From Octopus sinensis (lineage: Eukaryota), in assembly GCF_006345805.1 (NCBI RefSeq), contig NC_043006.1, positions 75,454,001 to 75,518,000 on the forward strand: 64,000 bases of DNA, read 5' to 3'. Numbering within the stretch: the stretch's first letter is position 1; the number at the start of each line of letters is the position of its first letter. Under the pieces are notes generated by a model. That model was not told where the DNA came from. It ran no database searches and saw only the letters and a list, made by a program, of their open reading frames with translations. Made by a program: the position numbers and the translations under genes. Of this stretch, positions 63,148 to 64,000 are shown piece after piece.

Positions 63148-64000
63148 CTAGCAGAGATACCCGGCGTTGCCCGGTTACATTCAATAGAAGAATTAGACTT
63201 TTCTGTTATATATATATATGGATACACACACACACACACACACAAATAAATGTATATTAATATAAATACATGAAAGTACATGAAGTTTGTTAAAAAAAGG
63301 GGATCATGTATATACTTCCTGGCTGTTGAGATTATAACACCTCGTTGTAAACAATGTTCCTTGTTTTTCCTCGTGGAGCATATACCAAAATGTTTCTTTT
63401 GGTTCCTACTCTTGAGCAGCCAACATACAGTTGCCTATGCGAGAAGCAGGGCTCTTCCAAGAGAAGACCAGCTACAGAGAGGGTTTGACCCTGAGATTTG
63501 TTAATGGACATGGCAAAGCTGACACGAAGGGGAAATTGCTGTCTTCTGAATGTAAATAGAATTTCTGCTCCTGATGGAGTAAGAGGAAATCTTGGAATAA
63601 AGACGTTATCACCTTTTCCACATCCAGAAAGAATGATCGCCTCGATAAAGTGTGATATCATTTTCTTTATCACCAGTCGTGTTCCATTGCAAAGTCTTGG
63701 TGGTTCCAGATTGCGGAGTAGCATTACAGGAGTTCCAACTTTAAGTGGTAATATGTGTGGCGGTAGTCGAGAAGGCTCCAGTGAATTGAGAAATTCAGGA
63801 GGATAGTTCACAACTTCATTTATATCTGGAATTGTATCAACAGACTTGTAAGTGTGTATAGTGCCGGGAAGAGAATGCATTAGCTGTAGATTAATTTTGT
63901 TAACAGCGACGTTTTTTGGAGCTAATATTGCTCTTTCACATAGCCAATTGTGATTTTGGTAGTTTTGTGTGAAGTTGGGAAAGACTTTGTTTTTGAAGTC
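63148..64000 (-). mobile_element. Autonomous-type Helitron, 3' end (continues beyond window)
   Basis: Helicase ORF followed by ACCGGGCAACGCCGGGTATCTCTGCTAG|T terminus at 63148. Confidence 0.93.
63332..64000 (-). CDS. Helitron RepHel, PIF1-family helicase C-terminal part
   Basis: Open frame from the window edge: ...WLCERAILAPKN...YPPEFLNSLEPSRLPPH.LKVGTPVMLLRNLEPPRLCNGTRL...QFPLRVSFAMSINKSQGQTL...FSHRQLYVGCSRVG...TRNIVYNEVL*. Confidence 0.93.
   Translation of the reverse strand, partial: DFKNKVFPNFTQNYQNHNWLCERAILAPKNVAVNKINLQLMHSLPGTIHTYKSVDTIPDINEVVNYPPEFLNSLEPSRLPPHILPLKVGTPVMLLRNLEPPRLCNGTRLVIKKMISHFIEAIILSGCGKGDNVFIPRFPLTPSGAEILFTFRRQQFPLRVSFAMSINKSQGQTLSVAGLLLEEPCFSHRQLYVGCSRVGTKRNILVYAPRGKTRNIVYNEVL

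Overview
AT-rich, microsatellite- and SINE-dense metazoan DNA. The repeat families look like those of an octopus or other cephalopod genome (inferred from recall, not from a search). The only recognisable host gene is the 3' end of a + strand cation-chloride cotransporter of the NKCC/NCC clade (SLC12A1-3). It has six GT-AG exons (10972-11217, 18939-19053, 22284-22370, 24984-25101, 27676-27743, 29387-29522) whose phases join into one frame of about 256 aa ending VLTFYS*. Its upstream exons were not found, so 1-10971 is probably intron. The rest is mostly mobile DNA: four tRNA-headed SINE families (working labels A-D), CR1 and RTE LINE remnants, Tc1/mariner relics, MITEs, four non-autonomous Helitrons and the 3' end of an autonomous Helitron (PIF1 helicase) running off the right edge. 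Most notable observations: (1) an apparently intact type I hammerhead ribozyme at 5735-5793 (-), plus three variant or decayed hammerheads in Penelope-like fragments; (2) a 0.5 kb inverted duplication that brackets an SLC12 exon and supplies the empty site of a Helitron insertion; (3) a 31-copy 116-bp intronic satellite grown from inside a retroposon and ending at a 32-bp micro-inversion; (4) a perfect 102-bp-arm palindrome at 44359-44571. Coordinates were counted by hand; repeat edges are approximate and family names are unverified.
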